This document shows, piece by piece, positions 1 through 8,744 of a stretch of DNA of 64,000 nucleotides. The translations under genes were made by a program, and so were the position numbers. This stretch comes from a virus. The DNA is taken from positions 1-64,000 of the IMG/VR virus record IMGVR_UViG_3300044839_000009; one strand, written 5' to 3'. Positions within the stretch are counted from its first letter, which is position 1. The number at the start of each line of letters is the position of its first letter. A model generated the notes under the pieces. That model made no database searches. It saw only the letters and a program-made list of their open reading frames with translations, and had not been told where the DNA came from.

Positions 1-17
1 CGGTGGTCGCCGTATCA

Positions 18-494
18 TTAGTCCCGGCCAAGCCGATCGACGATGCGAAGTTCGCCGTGGGCTACCTGGTGCAACAGCCCCTGCGCCGTGAGCGGACGGG
101 ATTCGACGACGTCGCATGCTTCGCACGGGAATTCGTCATCGGCAGCCTTGACTGCACTAGCGACCGGATCGAAGGGCAGAGAAGATGCGAAGGCGAACAC
201 GTCGCGGAAGTTGATGCCGGCGAAGTACTCGCCCGACAGTGCACCTGTGGTGCGAGGAGCCTTTGCCGCACAGAAGGCGATCAGCCGTCGCTCGTTCTCT
301 CGGGCGTTGGCGTGCGGCGCGGACACCCACGACTGGGCGACTTGGCCGCCCATCTGGCGTGCGGCCCGAACGTGGACGCGCATGCGCTCCGTGGGGCGCG
401 AGGTGTATCCGACTTTCACCACGTCGTTGCTGAACTGCAAGACATAGATGACTGGGCCAGTCTCGGGGGTGCTCGGGGATGGGACCATGGTCAT
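18..494 (-). CDS. GIY-YIG/T5orf172-like domain protein
   Basis: Motif VIYVLQFSNDVVKVGYTSRPTERM; lies in the early leftward operon. Confidence 0.65.
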   Translation of the reverse strand: MTMVPSPSTPETGPVIYVLQFSNDVVKVGYTSRPTERMRVHVRAARQMGGQVAQSWVSAPHANARENERRLIAFCAAKAPRTTGALSGEYFAGINFRDVFAFASSLPFDPVASAVKAADDEFPCEACDVVESRPLTAQGLLHQVAHGELRIVDRLGRD

Positions 495-577
495 GGTCCA
501 CTCCTGTCTTCTGTGGGATGAGCGGGTGGATCGAGGCCCTGTCCTGGCGTGCCTGCCGGGGCGGGGCCGAATGCCGT

Positions 578-862
578 CTAGGCGGCGGGCTTCTTGCGCT
601 GGTTGGGCAGCGCGAGCGCGGGCTCGTCGAAGAGTTCGGCGGTGGCGCGGATGTGGGGGAGCCGGAACCTGACCCGTCCGCCCATGCGGCTGTGGGGGAT
701 CTTCCGCTGGTGGGCCCAGATGTGGAGCATTCGGGCGGTGGTGGGGAGCCGGAATTCCCCCTCGGGGTCAACTAGTTCCTCGGCCGTGTAGTACCTGAGG
801 TCGTTCTCGCCGCCCGTCGTCTCGTCGGGGGTGGGGGGCCTCTTTCGGGCCTCGGCGGTCAC
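578..862 (-). CDS. Excisionase-like helix-turn-helix protein
   Basis: YYTAEEL...IPHSRMGGRVRF winged-HTH pattern; close to repressor and integrase; start overlaps the cro stop. Confidence 0.65.
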   Translation of the reverse strand: MTAEARKRPPTPDETTGGENDLRYYTAEELVDPEGEFRLPTTARMLHIWAHQRKIPHSRMGGRVRFRLPHIRATAELFDEPALALPNQRKKPAA

Positions 863-1065
863 GGCTTCTCCTTTCGGCTGATTGCGTCGGGCGGCACCTG
901 CAGGGCTCGGGCGATGAGCTGCTCCGTCTCATGGCTGGCGGGGGTGAGCTCCCTTTCCACCTTGGAGAGGAAGCCCTTGCTCCGGCCGGTCCTGCGCGCA
1001 AGCTCATTTAGGCCCATTTTCTGGGCCCTTCTGATGGCTCTGACTGCGATGCCGTTCAATGTCAC
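859..1065 (-). CDS. Cro-like XRE HTH regulator
   Basis: RAIRRAQKMGLNELARRTGRSKGFLSKVERE; divergent from the repressor. Confidence 0.8.
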   Translation of the reverse strand: MTLNGIAVRAIRRAQKMGLNELARRTGRSKGFLSKVERELTPASHETEQLIARALQVPPDAISRKEKP

Positions 1066-1278
1066 ACCCAGAATCTATGGCTTCCGAACCCAGAGTGCAA
1101 GCACTCTGCCCACATTCTGGGCGCAGTTTCTGTGGCGACACAGGCGCCGACAGGGGCGTAGACGCGCTCGTAGGGCGCACGATGCAACCCAAAGGCCTCA
1201 CATCTACGCCTAATGCGCAGGTCAAACGCCCGAAACATGTCTAGGTGGTTGCATGGAAGTAGGGCATGATTGAGGACC
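1066..1278. promoter_or_regulatory. Lysis-lysogeny switch intergenic region with candidate operators
   Basis: Between divergent HTH genes; palindrome CAGAGTGC-AA-GCACTCTG (1091-1108) and repeated CCCAGA(A/G)T / ATTCTGGG half-sites. Confidence 0.55.
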
Positions 1279-1827
1279 ATGACGATGAACTGGGTGCGGC
1301 TCGGGCAGGAGCTTGCGGCTGCCCGCCGAACAAGGAAGCTCAAGCAGCGTGAGCTTGCCGACCTCGCAGGTGTCTCCCTGGCGACGGTGCAGGCCATCGA
1401 GGGCGGCAAGACATTCGCCCGGGTCACCCCCACCATCCGTGCCCTTGCGCGCCTCGTCGGATGGCAGGAGGGCTCAGCAGAAGCCGTCCTCGCCGGCGGC
1501 GAGCCCACCTACATGCCGGCCGCCGCCACCGGACAGCTGGAGCTCCTCGATCACGGGGCACCCGAGCCCGCCGAAAGAGATGACTGGGCCGAGCGCATCC
1601 CTCTGCGCATCCGCGAGGAGGTCCGTGAGGGGCAAGTTTTGGACAGTGGCACCTACGACCTGTCCCAGAAGGACACGGACGTTCAGATTCTGGTCATGAT
1701 CAAGGCTCCGTCGGGTGCGACGCCAGAGCAGATCCGCGAGTACCTGCAGGTATGGCGGCGCGCGGAGCGGGAGTTGCGGAAGATCGGCGAGTCAGGTGAG
1801 GGTGAACCCGAACCGAACACCCAATAA
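1279..1827 (+). CDS. Immunity repressor (XRE HTH)
   Basis: LAAARRTRKLKQRELADLAGVSLATVQAIEGG; divergent from cro and upstream of integrase. Confidence 0.8.
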   Translation: MTMNWVRLGQELAAARRTRKLKQRELADLAGVSLATVQAIEGGKTFARVTPTIRALARLVGWQEGSAEAVLAGGEPTYMPAAATGQLELLDHGAPEPAERDDWAERIPLRIREEVREGQVLDSGTYDLSQKDTDVQILVMIKAPSGATPEQIREYLQVWRRAERELRKIGESGEGEPEPNTQ

Positions 1828-1937
1828 CAGATGACCCGTCAGTTACGCACGGACTCTCCACATGTGACTGATAAGTGTGGTTGCATGACCGAACACCACG
1901 AGGGGGGCCACCCGCAGAGGTTCTTGGGGGAACCCAC

Positions 1938-2330
1938 ATGCACGTCCGTGTTCTGTGTGACCGCAAAATAGCCCTCGGCCGGGTAGGGATCGAAGACATC
2001 TACGACGACCTGGAGATCGTTGAGGTCGTCTTCCACTTCCACGAAGACGATCTGCGGGAGTCCTGCCGGATAGAGTTCGGGGAGATGCTCAACCGTCAGG
2101 CGAAGGCCTGGGCTCAAAGAGTCACCGCGCCGGCAGCCGAATGGCATCCTGTTGAGGTACTCGCCGTGTGCGACCCTCACCTGCCGCCCGGAGTCGAGGT
2201 GCTCATTGGGGACGCTGACGCCGCCGTCACGTACCTGTTCGCGCCGGACGCCATCGCTGATCCCGCCCGCCGCAGTTTCGAGCGGATGATGCAGGCCCGG
2301 ATTCCGGCCTGGTGCCGGGTTGGCCGGTAG
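1938..2330 (+). CDS. Hypothetical protein in the lysogeny module
   Basis: ORF with GGGGGAA RBS between repressor and integrase. Confidence 0.55.
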   Translation: MHVRVLCDRKIALGRVGIEDIYDDLEIVEVVFHFHEDDLRESCRIEFGEMLNRQAKAWAQRVTAPAAEWHPVEVLAVCDPHLPPGVEVLIGDADAAVTYLFAPDAIADPARRSFERMMQARIPAWCRVGR

Positions 2331-2416
2331 GTGTAGCAGTCAGCGCGTGGCGCAAGGAGTCGTCGCATGGGGCCGCCCAGGGCTGGGGCGGCCCCACGAC
2401 TGTGAAGAGGTGAACC

Positions 2417-3697
2417 GTGGCGCATGCCGAGAAGCGCCGGTCGAAGAAGGACGGTCGCTGGTACTGGCGGGTTAAGTACAAGCTCCCGAATGGCAAGTGG
2501 GGCTCGGCGTCCCGGGACGCCGACGGCAACCGTTTCACCACCGAGGCGGCGGCGAAGAAGTACGGGGCTGCACTGGAGACCGATGTCGACCGTGGGGTGT
2601 TCATCAACCCCCGCGACGGTCGGCTCACGGTGGCGGCCTGGGCGGAGTTGTGGCTGGAGTCCATCGACGTCGGGCCGTTGAGTGAGCGCGAGTACCGGGG
2701 GCGGCTCAACTCGGTGATCCTGCCAGAGTGGGGGAGTGTCGCCATCGGGGACATCACGACCATTGCCTACAAGACGTGGGAGAAGCGGCTCCGGCGGCAG
2801 TACAAGCCGAACTACGTGAAGGCCGTGACGTCGGTGCTGAGGACGATGCTCGATGACGCCGTGGCGTCGAAGGTCCGCCCAGACAACCCGGTCCCGACGC
2901 TCAGGACGAGCCGGCGGGGTAAGCACAAGGGTAAGCCGGTGGATGAAACTGTTGTCGTCACGCCTCGCCAGGCGCTGCTGGTGGCCCGCAATGCGCACGA
3001 CCTCCGCGGCTCGGTCGGCTACGTGATGGTGCTGACGATTGCGTACACAGGCATGCGGATCGGGGAGATTTCCGGGCTCCAGCGCAAGCGGCTGATCCTG
3101 CCGACGTTGGGAGCCGACGGTCGGTGGTGGCAGCCGCCGGGTGGCCCCCGGATTCTGCTCGATGTCCAGACGCAGTATGTCGACGGCAAGCCTGCACTGG
3201 TCTCTGCCAAGTACGACTCCCATCGCAGCCTGATCATCCCGCAGTTCTTGGCCGAGCTGCTGCGGGAGTTGATCGCCTCGCACAAGAGCGAGTTCGTGTT
3301 CACGGCGCCGAAGGGTGGCCGGATCCTCATTGGCGGGGACTTTTACAAGGACACCTGGCGTCCGATCGCCGACGGGCGTCCGGCTCGCCCGAGCGGTCCG
3401 GGCTGGCCTCCGCGGCTGCCGATCCGGCCTGTTGAGGGCGTCCGGGATATGACGCCGCATGATCTGCGGCACTCGCACAAGGTGTGGCTCGATGAGGCGG
3501 GGCATCCTCGGGTTGCTGTTGAGGAGCGCATGGGTCACACGCTGCCCGGCGTGGAGGGCACGTACTCTCACACGACGCTGGCGATGGAGCTGAAGATCGC
3601 CGAGTCGCTTCAGGGTCTATGGGAGGGCTCGCAGCGGGTGGTCGTGGACCGGCGGGAGTGGGGCCCCGTGCCGTCGGCCGAGTCTTCTGGCGGTTGA
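2417..3697 (+). CDS. int: Tyrosine integrase
   Basis: Catalytic residues in TGMRIGE (R), HDLRH, MGH and TYSH (Y); N-terminal arm-binding-type region. Confidence 0.95.
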   Translation: MAHAEKRRSKKDGRWYWRVKYKLPNGKWGSASRDADGNRFTTEAAAKKYGAALETDVDRGVFINPRDGRLTVAAWAELWLESIDVGPLSEREYRGRLNSVILPEWGSVAIGDITTIAYKTWEKRLRRQYKPNYVKAVTSVLRTMLDDAVASKVRPDNPVPTLRTSRRGKHKGKPVDETVVVTPRQALLVARNAHDLRGSVGYVMVLTIAYTGMRIGEISGLQRKRLILPTLGADGRWWQPPGGPRILLDVQTQYVDGKPALVSAKYDSHRSLIIPQFLAELLRELIASHKSEFVFTAPKGGRILIGGDFYKDTWRPIADGRPARPSGPGWPPRLPIRPVEGVRDMTPHDLRHSHKVWLDEAGHPRVAVEERMGHTLPGVEGTYSHTTLAMELKIAESLQGLWEGSQRVVVDRREWGPVPSAESSGG

Positions 3698-4040
3698 TCT
3701 CCCAAATATCTCCCAGAAGCTGAGAGGCGGTCGCTGGGGGCGACGTAGACCGCCTCCGGAGATCCGGAAGGGGGTCTATGCTTTTCCTGCCTGGCCTGCT
3801 GGTTCGCTAGGGGAGTCCGAGCTCCCGGGCGATCAGCATGCGCTGCACCTCGCTGGTGCCCTCGCCGATCTCCAGGATCTTGGAGTCCCGCCACATCCGG
3901 GCGTTTGACCAGCCGATCTCACTCGGCCTCATCGGCTCTGACCTGTAGCAATGCCCGAGGGTGCCCATTCTTCCTACAATCTGGAAACAGGCTCCCGACA
4001 CTCTCCCTGCGGAAGATCATCGCCCAGCCGTCTCCCAAAA
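3698..4040. mobile_element. attP region: 3' end of a host acyl-CoA dehydrogenase (3807-3903, minus) flanked by TCTCCC arm-type repeats
   Basis: Minus strand encodes [31 protein letters not shown]-stop with no rest of the gene; TCTCCCA copies at about 3699, 3709 and 4032; directly downstream of int. Confidence 0.8.
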
Positions 4041-4076
4041 ACCCGCTGCGCCGTCGTGGCACCCTCAAAGGGCACG

Positions 4077-4109
4077 AGCCCTCCCCTGACTAGAGCAGGG
4101 GAGGGCTCG
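4077..4109. terminator. GC-rich hairpin terminator
   Basis: GAGCCCTCCCCTG...CAGGGGAGGGCTC inverted repeat. Confidence 0.55.
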
Positions 4110-4527
4110 CTCAGCGCCGGGACACCACGGGAGGGCCATCCCTGAACGTGTCCCGGCGCGCATGGGGGGCCGCACCTAGTTCAACGCATGATCGGGTGAA
4201 GAGTCATTCACTCGTTCGAGTGAACATGTGTGCGATTTAGGCAGTGCGATCCCAGCCGTGCGGCCCAGTCGCACGGACGGTTGGCATATGCAGCTATGCG
4301 ACGAATAACAGGTGCTTCACCGACTTGGCTGATTACTTCTACAGGGCGTAGAGCCCTGAGCGGAAGGGCCCGCCCGGCTTACGAGACCGGGCGACGTGAG
4401 CGTTCACGTCCACACCTGCTCTACGTGGGCAGTCTGGCCGTCCGTCGCGAGAACGCCTGTGGCCTGGGTCACAAAATGTACATGGTCATGTACAGACTTC
4501 AGATCATGGGCCCATCACGGTTGGCGC

Positions 4528-4773
4528 GTGCCACAAGATCCGCCCGACTGGGCCCTCGCCCGCCGCCGCGAGATCGGCCACCGACTACGCACCCACCGCC
4601 GCCAAGCAGGACTCTCCATGGAGCGACTCGGCGAGCAAGTCCGCGGTGTCGACCGCCGCACCATCAGCGCCTGGGAGTACGGCACCAGCGACCCGACGCT
4701 CACCGACCTACTCCTCATCGCCCGCGCCTTAGGCATCGACCCCGCCGAACTCATCGCCGGCCTGCCGGACTAG
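4528..4773 (+). CDS. XRE HTH regulator
   Basis: LRTHRRQAGLSMERLGEQVRGVDRRTISAWEYGTSDP. Confidence 0.8.
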   Translation: MPQDPPDWALARRREIGHRLRTHRRQAGLSMERLGEQVRGVDRRTISAWEYGTSDPTLTDLLLIARALGIDPAELIAGLPD

Positions 4774-4895
4774 CCGCCCGCCGCGGATGCCCGGCTGGCC
4801 CTATCCCGAGCGCGTCCACCAGGCCAGCCGCACCCAGCAGCAGGGCGATGACGGCGAGGAACCCGATCACGGGAAGCTGGCCGAGGCAGCAGCCG

Positions 4896-5132
4896 CTACG
4901 CACTGGTGCCCTTCCGGCGAGGTGTGGCCGTGGCGCAGGTCGGTGCGCACGCCCATAGCTCGGCCATGCGCTTGCGTATCCCTTCGCCGACCTCGACTTC
5001 ACCGATCGGCCGGTCGTCGAGGATCTCGACCAGTGGGCGGCGGCACAGTGCGCAGTGGGTCTGCGAGATCTGACAGGGCCACAACGTCGCCGGGTCCGGA
5101 AGTTGGACCTCGGGCTGCGCTTCGGCCGTCAC
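4896..5132 (-). CDS. Small Cys-containing hypothetical protein
   Basis: GTGA overlap with upstream gene; CALC...CAPTC. Confidence 0.5.
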   Translation of the reverse strand: MTAEAQPEVQLPDPATLWPCQISQTHCALCRRPLVEILDDRPIGEVEVGEGIRKRMAELWACAPTCATATPRRKGTSA

Positions 5133-5557
5133 AGCTGCCCCCGCTTCAGTGCAGCGAGGGTGCCGCGCGTGAGCGGATCCCGGTCGTTCTCGCCTTGCGC
5201 CGTGTGCGTGCTGCCGCCGGCTGAGCGGACGCGGCGCTGGAGTGCGGCCCGGGCTTTGGTGTCGCGGGACAGCCGGTCCCAGTCGTGTATGAGACAGATC
5301 CGCTCGCCGCCCGCAGCGGCCATGGTGTTGCACAGGGAGTCGAGGGCGGGCCGGGTCGTGTCGGAGAGGGCGTCGGCGTCGGTGTCGACGAACCAGCCGC
5401 CGAACTGCCAGCCCTGCGCCGCGGCGTAGGCCTTCACCCTGGCGATGCGTTCGTCGAGCATCAGGGTGGTGTGGGTGGCGTGCCGGTCGTAGATGAAGGC
5501 GAGCGGCGCCGGGCCGGGGTCCTTGCGGGGGCCGTCTGCGTCCGTAGGCTTGTCCAT
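5129..5557 (-). CDS. Isolated serine-recombinase catalytic-type domain, probably inactive
   Basis: AFIYDRHAT...FVD...RPALD...DWDRLSRD resolvase-fold motifs; no Ser in the YxRxS position; no HTH. Confidence 0.7.
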   Translation of the reverse strand: MDKPTDADGPRKDPGPAPLAFIYDRHATHTTLMLDERIARVKAYAAAQGWQFGGWFVDTDADALSDTTRPALDSLCNTMAAAGGERICLIHDWDRLSRDTKARAALQRRVRSAGGSTHTAQGENDRDPLTRGTLAALKRGQL

Positions 5558-5655
5558 GTCGCCTGCTCCAATCAGGTGGACAGCTCCACCCCCCGGTGTC
5601 CGTGTCTGCGGCGCCGGGGGTTTTGTCGTCTAGGAGACGACCGTACTACCCCTTA

Positions 5656-5671
5656 CTACCCACGTGGGTAG
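5656..5671. promoter_or_regulatory. Palindromic operator between divergent genes
   Basis: Perfect palindrome CTACCCACGTGGGTAG upstream of the GntR gene. Confidence 0.55.
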
Positions 5672-5709
5672 CTATGGTGCGCGGGGCGTGGTCACCTAGC
5701 TTCGTGATC

Positions 5710-5961
5710 ATGAGCACGATTGACCGGGAAGGACCCATCCCGCCCTACCGGCAGATCGCCGACGAACTACGAGGCGAGATCGCCGACGGCACCATTCCCG
5801 TAGGCCGGCGCATCCCCACGCTCGTCGAGCTGGAGGCCCGCTACGAGGTCGCCCGGGACACGCTGCGCAAGGCCGTGAAGGTGCTGAAGGATGAGGGGCT
5901 GGTGGAAACCGTCACCGGAATGGGCGTGTACGTCGTGAAGCAGCCGGCTGACGAAGCCTGA
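5710..5961 (+). CDS. GntR-family wHTH regulator (HTH only)
   Basis: PPYRQIADELRGEIADG...GRRIPT..EL...YEVARDTLRKA...GMGVYV. Confidence 0.9.
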   Translation: MSTIDREGPIPPYRQIADELRGEIADGTIPVGRRIPTLVELEARYEVARDTLRKAVKVLKDEGLVETVTGMGVYVVKQPADEA

Positions 5962-6024
5962 CCCGCATATGCCACCCCGGACGCCGTTCATCCCGCTGTC
6001 ACTGCCGGGCCCTATCCTTGGATC

Positions 6025-6231
6025 ATACCCCCGACCCCTGCCGTTCCCGGCCCTCCTGCGCGCACGTCGGCGCAGGTGAACGCCGCGATCCGGGCGCTGC
6101 TGAGGCCGCGTTGGGGGCGTGGTCTGCCGGAGGATGAGCGCGTGGAGTACGACGCGCTACTGGAGGAGTGGAACAGGGCCGACCGTGCGGAGAAGGCAGC
6201 CAAGCGGGGCGGGTACGGGCGGGCCGCGTAG
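6025..6231 (+). CDS. Small hypothetical protein (leaderless position has ATA; alternative GTG at 6076)
   Basis: Open frame ...RTSAQVNAAIRALL...EYDALLEEW starting 6 nt after a TATCCT -10 box. Confidence 0.4.
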   Translation: MPPTPAVPGPPARTSAQVNAAIRALLRPRWGRGLPEDERVEYDALLEEWNRADRAEKAAKRGGYGRAA

Positions 6232-6444
6232 CTACAGCTGGCCCCCGTAGAGGTTGTCCATCTCGTCGTCGAGCGTTGTCAGGTCCGGGTGGTCGCCGAA
6301 GGTGATGATGTCCTGGCAGTGACGGACGACGCCCACGATCTCGTCCTGCAGGGCGCGGAGGCCCTTCAGGCGGATGGCCAGCTGGCGCATCTGGTCGCGG
6401 TCGATGCGGCTAGCTGGACTCGGACCGGGCTCGTCAGGGGCCAT
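6232..6444 (-). CDS. Hypothetical protein, leaderless
   Basis: TACCCT -10 box, 6 nt, then ATG (MAPDEPG...). Confidence 0.55.
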   Translation of the reverse strand: MAPDEPGPSPASRIDRDQMRQLAIRLKGLRALQDEIVGVVRHCQDIITFGDHPDLTTLDDEMDNLYGGQL

Positions 6445-6666
6445 GGGGTCAGGGTAGCGGCGGGCGCTGCATGAGGCCGCGCGGGGCGAGTAGCTACCAG
6501 CGGAAGTTGGTCCAGCCGTCATTGATGTCCTGCAGTGCCTGCCCGAGCCAGCGGCCGAGGCGGGCGAGTCGGGTGGGCGGCTTCGGCTGGCCGATCGGCA
6601 GTACCCACTCGTCGGACAAGATGACCGGGGGCAGGGCGCGGTTGGCGCGCGGGTACGGGCGGTAGG

Positions 6667-7017
6667 TCACGGGGTCTCCCGGACACCGAGTTCAGCCAGC
6701 GTCTCCGGCGTCAGGACGAGCCGTGATGGCATCTGTTCCATCTGGCGGACCTGCGCGGCGTGGTCTTCGATGCGCTGCACGGCTTCGTCCTCATCGAAGC
6801 TGCCGAAGACCACGGCGGCCGCCACTCGGCGTCGGGTGTCCTCGGGGATGCCCTCGTGCTCCATGGCTTGGTCGGCGAGGCTGAGCGCCATCCGGCTCCA
6901 ACGCAGTTGCGCGGCGTACAGCGGGTCGTCCAGCGCGGCGGCATGGGCGTTGCTGGTGCGCTCCATGTAGCGGTCCAGGGTCTCGTCCGGGATGTCGCGG
7001 GGCTCGTTCGGGTCCAT
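6667..7017 (-). CDS. Hypothetical protein, leaderless
   Basis: CACCAT -10 box, 6 nt, then ATG; ordinary helical protein composition. Confidence 0.6.
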   Translation of the reverse strand: MDPNEPRDIPDETLDRYMERTSNAHAAALDDPLYAAQLRWSRMALSLADQAMEHEGIPEDTRRRVAAAVVFGSFDEDEAVQRIEDHAAQVRQMEQMPSRLVLTPETLAELGVRETP

Positions 7018-7109
7018 GCCCCCATGGTGCCGTACCCGGGGCGGGAAGCGGGTGGCCCGGCCGCACGGGGGACGCGGCCGGGCTGAGTCGAGCGTAGCGC
7101 GGGGCAGGA

Positions 7110-7541
7110 TCAGGCGGTGGTCCGCTCTTCGTAGGCGGCGCGGTAGGGCTTCTCGTGCCTGCGCACCGCGTCGGCGATCCGCTCGGCAATCCCGGCTCCG
7201 ACCAGCCCGAGGAGCCTCGGAGTCTCGCCCGGGTCGTAGGGCTGGTGCACGCTGGCCTTCGAGTAGAGAAGGCAGGGCGGGTCGTCGTCGTACCCATAGA
7301 CGAGGGTCGCCTCGATGTGGCAGCCGTCCGGGTGGGGCTTGATGTCGATGTTGTACGTGCGGGTTTGGTCGTCGGGGTGGTCGGGGTCGTTGAACTCGGC
7401 GAACCCGGTCATGTAGTCGTCGGCGACGGGCTGGACGGCGTCGGGGCGGTCGTGGTCGAACGGGTACATCTCAAAGCCGAGTCCGGACGCCTCAAGCGCG
7501 GTGGCGGCTTCGAGGATGGCGTGGGCTTGGCGCAGGCGCAT
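7110..7541 (-). CDS. Acidic hypothetical protein
   Basis: GAGGAG RBS; last gene of the 8612-to-7110 operon. Confidence 0.65.
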   Translation of the reverse strand: MRLRQAHAILEAATALEASGLGFEMYPFDHDRPDAVQPVADDYMTGFAEFNDPDHPDDQTRTYNIDIKPHPDGCHIEATLVYGYDDDPPCLLYSKASVHQPYDPGETPRLLGLVGAGIAERIADAVRRHEKPYRAAYEERTTA

Positions 7542-7580
7542 GCGGGTCTCCTCGTGTCGTGCCGGGCGGGTGCGCGGCAG

Positions 7581-8039
7581 TCAGGCGGTGGGGTCGGCGA
7601 CGCTGTAGGCGATGTCCAGCGCGGGCACCTCTTGCGCGATGCGGGCGACGACCGCGCGGTGCCACGACGCCGGGAACGGGATGTCGGGGTGTGCGGCGTG
7701 ATACTCGCGGTCGGTCCGGTAGGTGAGGACGCCCGGGTCGGGTAGGTCCATCAGCTTCTCGACGATCCCGCTGACGAACTGACCGGTGCGTGCCTCCAGG
7801 TCTTCCATTTCCAGGCGGACGCCGTCGGGGATGGGGTACTTGCCGGCTTCCCAGGCGCGGACGGTGCGGCCGGTGACGCCGAGGTGGGCGGCGAGCCAGT
7901 CCCCGGTGAGGCCGAGGAATTCGCGGACGACGCGGAACTCGGCGTCGGTCATCCGCTCGTCCTCGGGCATGCCGGGCGGGTCGATGTACTCGGGCACGGG
8001 GGTTGCCTCAGTCCAGTTCGGGATGGAAGTAGTCGTCAT
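7581..8039 (-). CDS. HTH protein resembling DUF1870/YdiL/Aca2
   Basis: MTDAEFRVVREFLGLTGDWLAAHLGVTGRTVRAWEAGKYPIPDGV plus C-terminal YRTD.EY...W.RAVVAR. Confidence 0.7.
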   Translation of the reverse strand: MTTTSIPNWTEATPVPEYIDPPGMPEDERMTDAEFRVVREFLGLTGDWLAAHLGVTGRTVRAWEAGKYPIPDGVRLEMEDLEARTGQFVSGIVEKLMDLPDPGVLTYRTDREYHAAHPDIPFPASWHRAVVARIAQEVPALDIAYSVADPTA

Positions 8040-8373
8040 CTGGCAGGCCGCCGCCGTGCGTGAGGTCGACGACGCGATTCTGAGTGAGGATCGCTTGCAC
8101 CGCGTCTTCCATCTCGCTCATGGGGAGCGTGGCAAGGCTGGGGATCAGGTGCTCCTGCGCAATTTCACCGCTGATCCTGTTCGCCCACCCCCAATCCAAG
8201 GGGGCTGACGGGAGGATGCGCGACAGGGCCATGGCGACGTCGAGGTACGTCATGCCTAGGCGGTCGGCCACGTGCTTCGGCCAGCGCGCCACGTAATCAT
8301 CGCCGTACCGTTCTCCGAATGTCTGCACGATCACGTCTTCTCTGTTCCTTCCCATTTCGGCGTACTTAGCCAT
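8008..8373 (-). CDS. Hypothetical protein
   Basis: MAKYAEMG... with GGGAG RBS; overlaps the start of the HTH gene. Confidence 0.6.
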   Translation of the reverse strand: MAKYAEMGRNREDVIVQTFGERYGDDYVARWPKHVADRLGMTYLDVAMALSRILPSAPLDWGWANRISGEIAQEHLIPSLATLPMSEMEDAVQAILTQNRVVDLTHGGGLPDDDYFHPELD

Positions 8374-8420
8374 GAGGGGCTCCCAGCGAAGCAGCCCCCG
8401 GGGGCCACGGTGCTGCCTGA

Positions 8421-8612
8421 TCAGGCCGGGGTGCTGGTGACGTCGTGGGTCTCGACGATGGCCCAGTAGGACTGGGAGTCGAAGTCGTCGATGCTGTCGA
8501 TCTGGCCGTCGTGGTTCGCGATCAGGTCGTCGACGATGGCGTCGATGTCGTAGTCGGCGATGTGGTCGCCGAGGGTGGTGGAGACCTGACTGGCGATGTC
8601 CTGACGGTTCAT
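8421..8612 (-). CDS. Small very acidic protein
   Basis: 63 aa, Asp-rich; GGAAGGA RBS; first gene after the promoter. Confidence 0.7.
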   Translation of the reverse strand: MNRQDIASQVSTTLGDHIADYDIDAIVDDLIANHDGQIDSIDDFDSQSYWAIVETHDVTSTPA

Positions 8613-8664
8613 GTCCGGTTCCTTCCGGCGGGGTCTGGGGCTGTTCCCCTGACCTCATGACATC

Positions 8665-8693
8665 AACGTAGCTTCCTAATTTAGGAAGCGCAA
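8665..8693 (-). promoter_or_regulatory. Housekeeping-sigma promoter with an operator palindrome in the spacer
   Basis: TTGCGC-N17-TACGTT; perfect inverted repeat GCTTCCTAA-T-TTAGGAAGC at 8671-8689. Confidence 0.75.
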
Positions 8694-8723
8694 GGGGATC
8701 GACGAGGTGAGCCAGGTCAGTCG

Positions 8724-8744
8724 TAGACTCGAACACATGAACGA
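8724..8744 (+). promoter_or_regulatory. -10 box with LexA/SOS-box-like site over a leaderless start
   Basis: TAGACT overlapping TCGAAC-ACAT-GAACGA (actinobacterial consensus TCGAAC-N4-GTTCGA). Confidence 0.5.

Noticed and set aside
2177-3571. Long antisense ORF over the integrase, and similar ones at 19851-21569, 24393-25907, 31205-32908 and 50767-52740
   Set aside because: Shadow ORFs expected from high-GC codon bias, lying opposite genes with clear family motifs.
3807-4001. 64-aa ORF as an acyl-CoA dehydrogenase gene
   Set aside because: Only the last 32 or so codons match the family; better explained as the attP gene-restoring segment.
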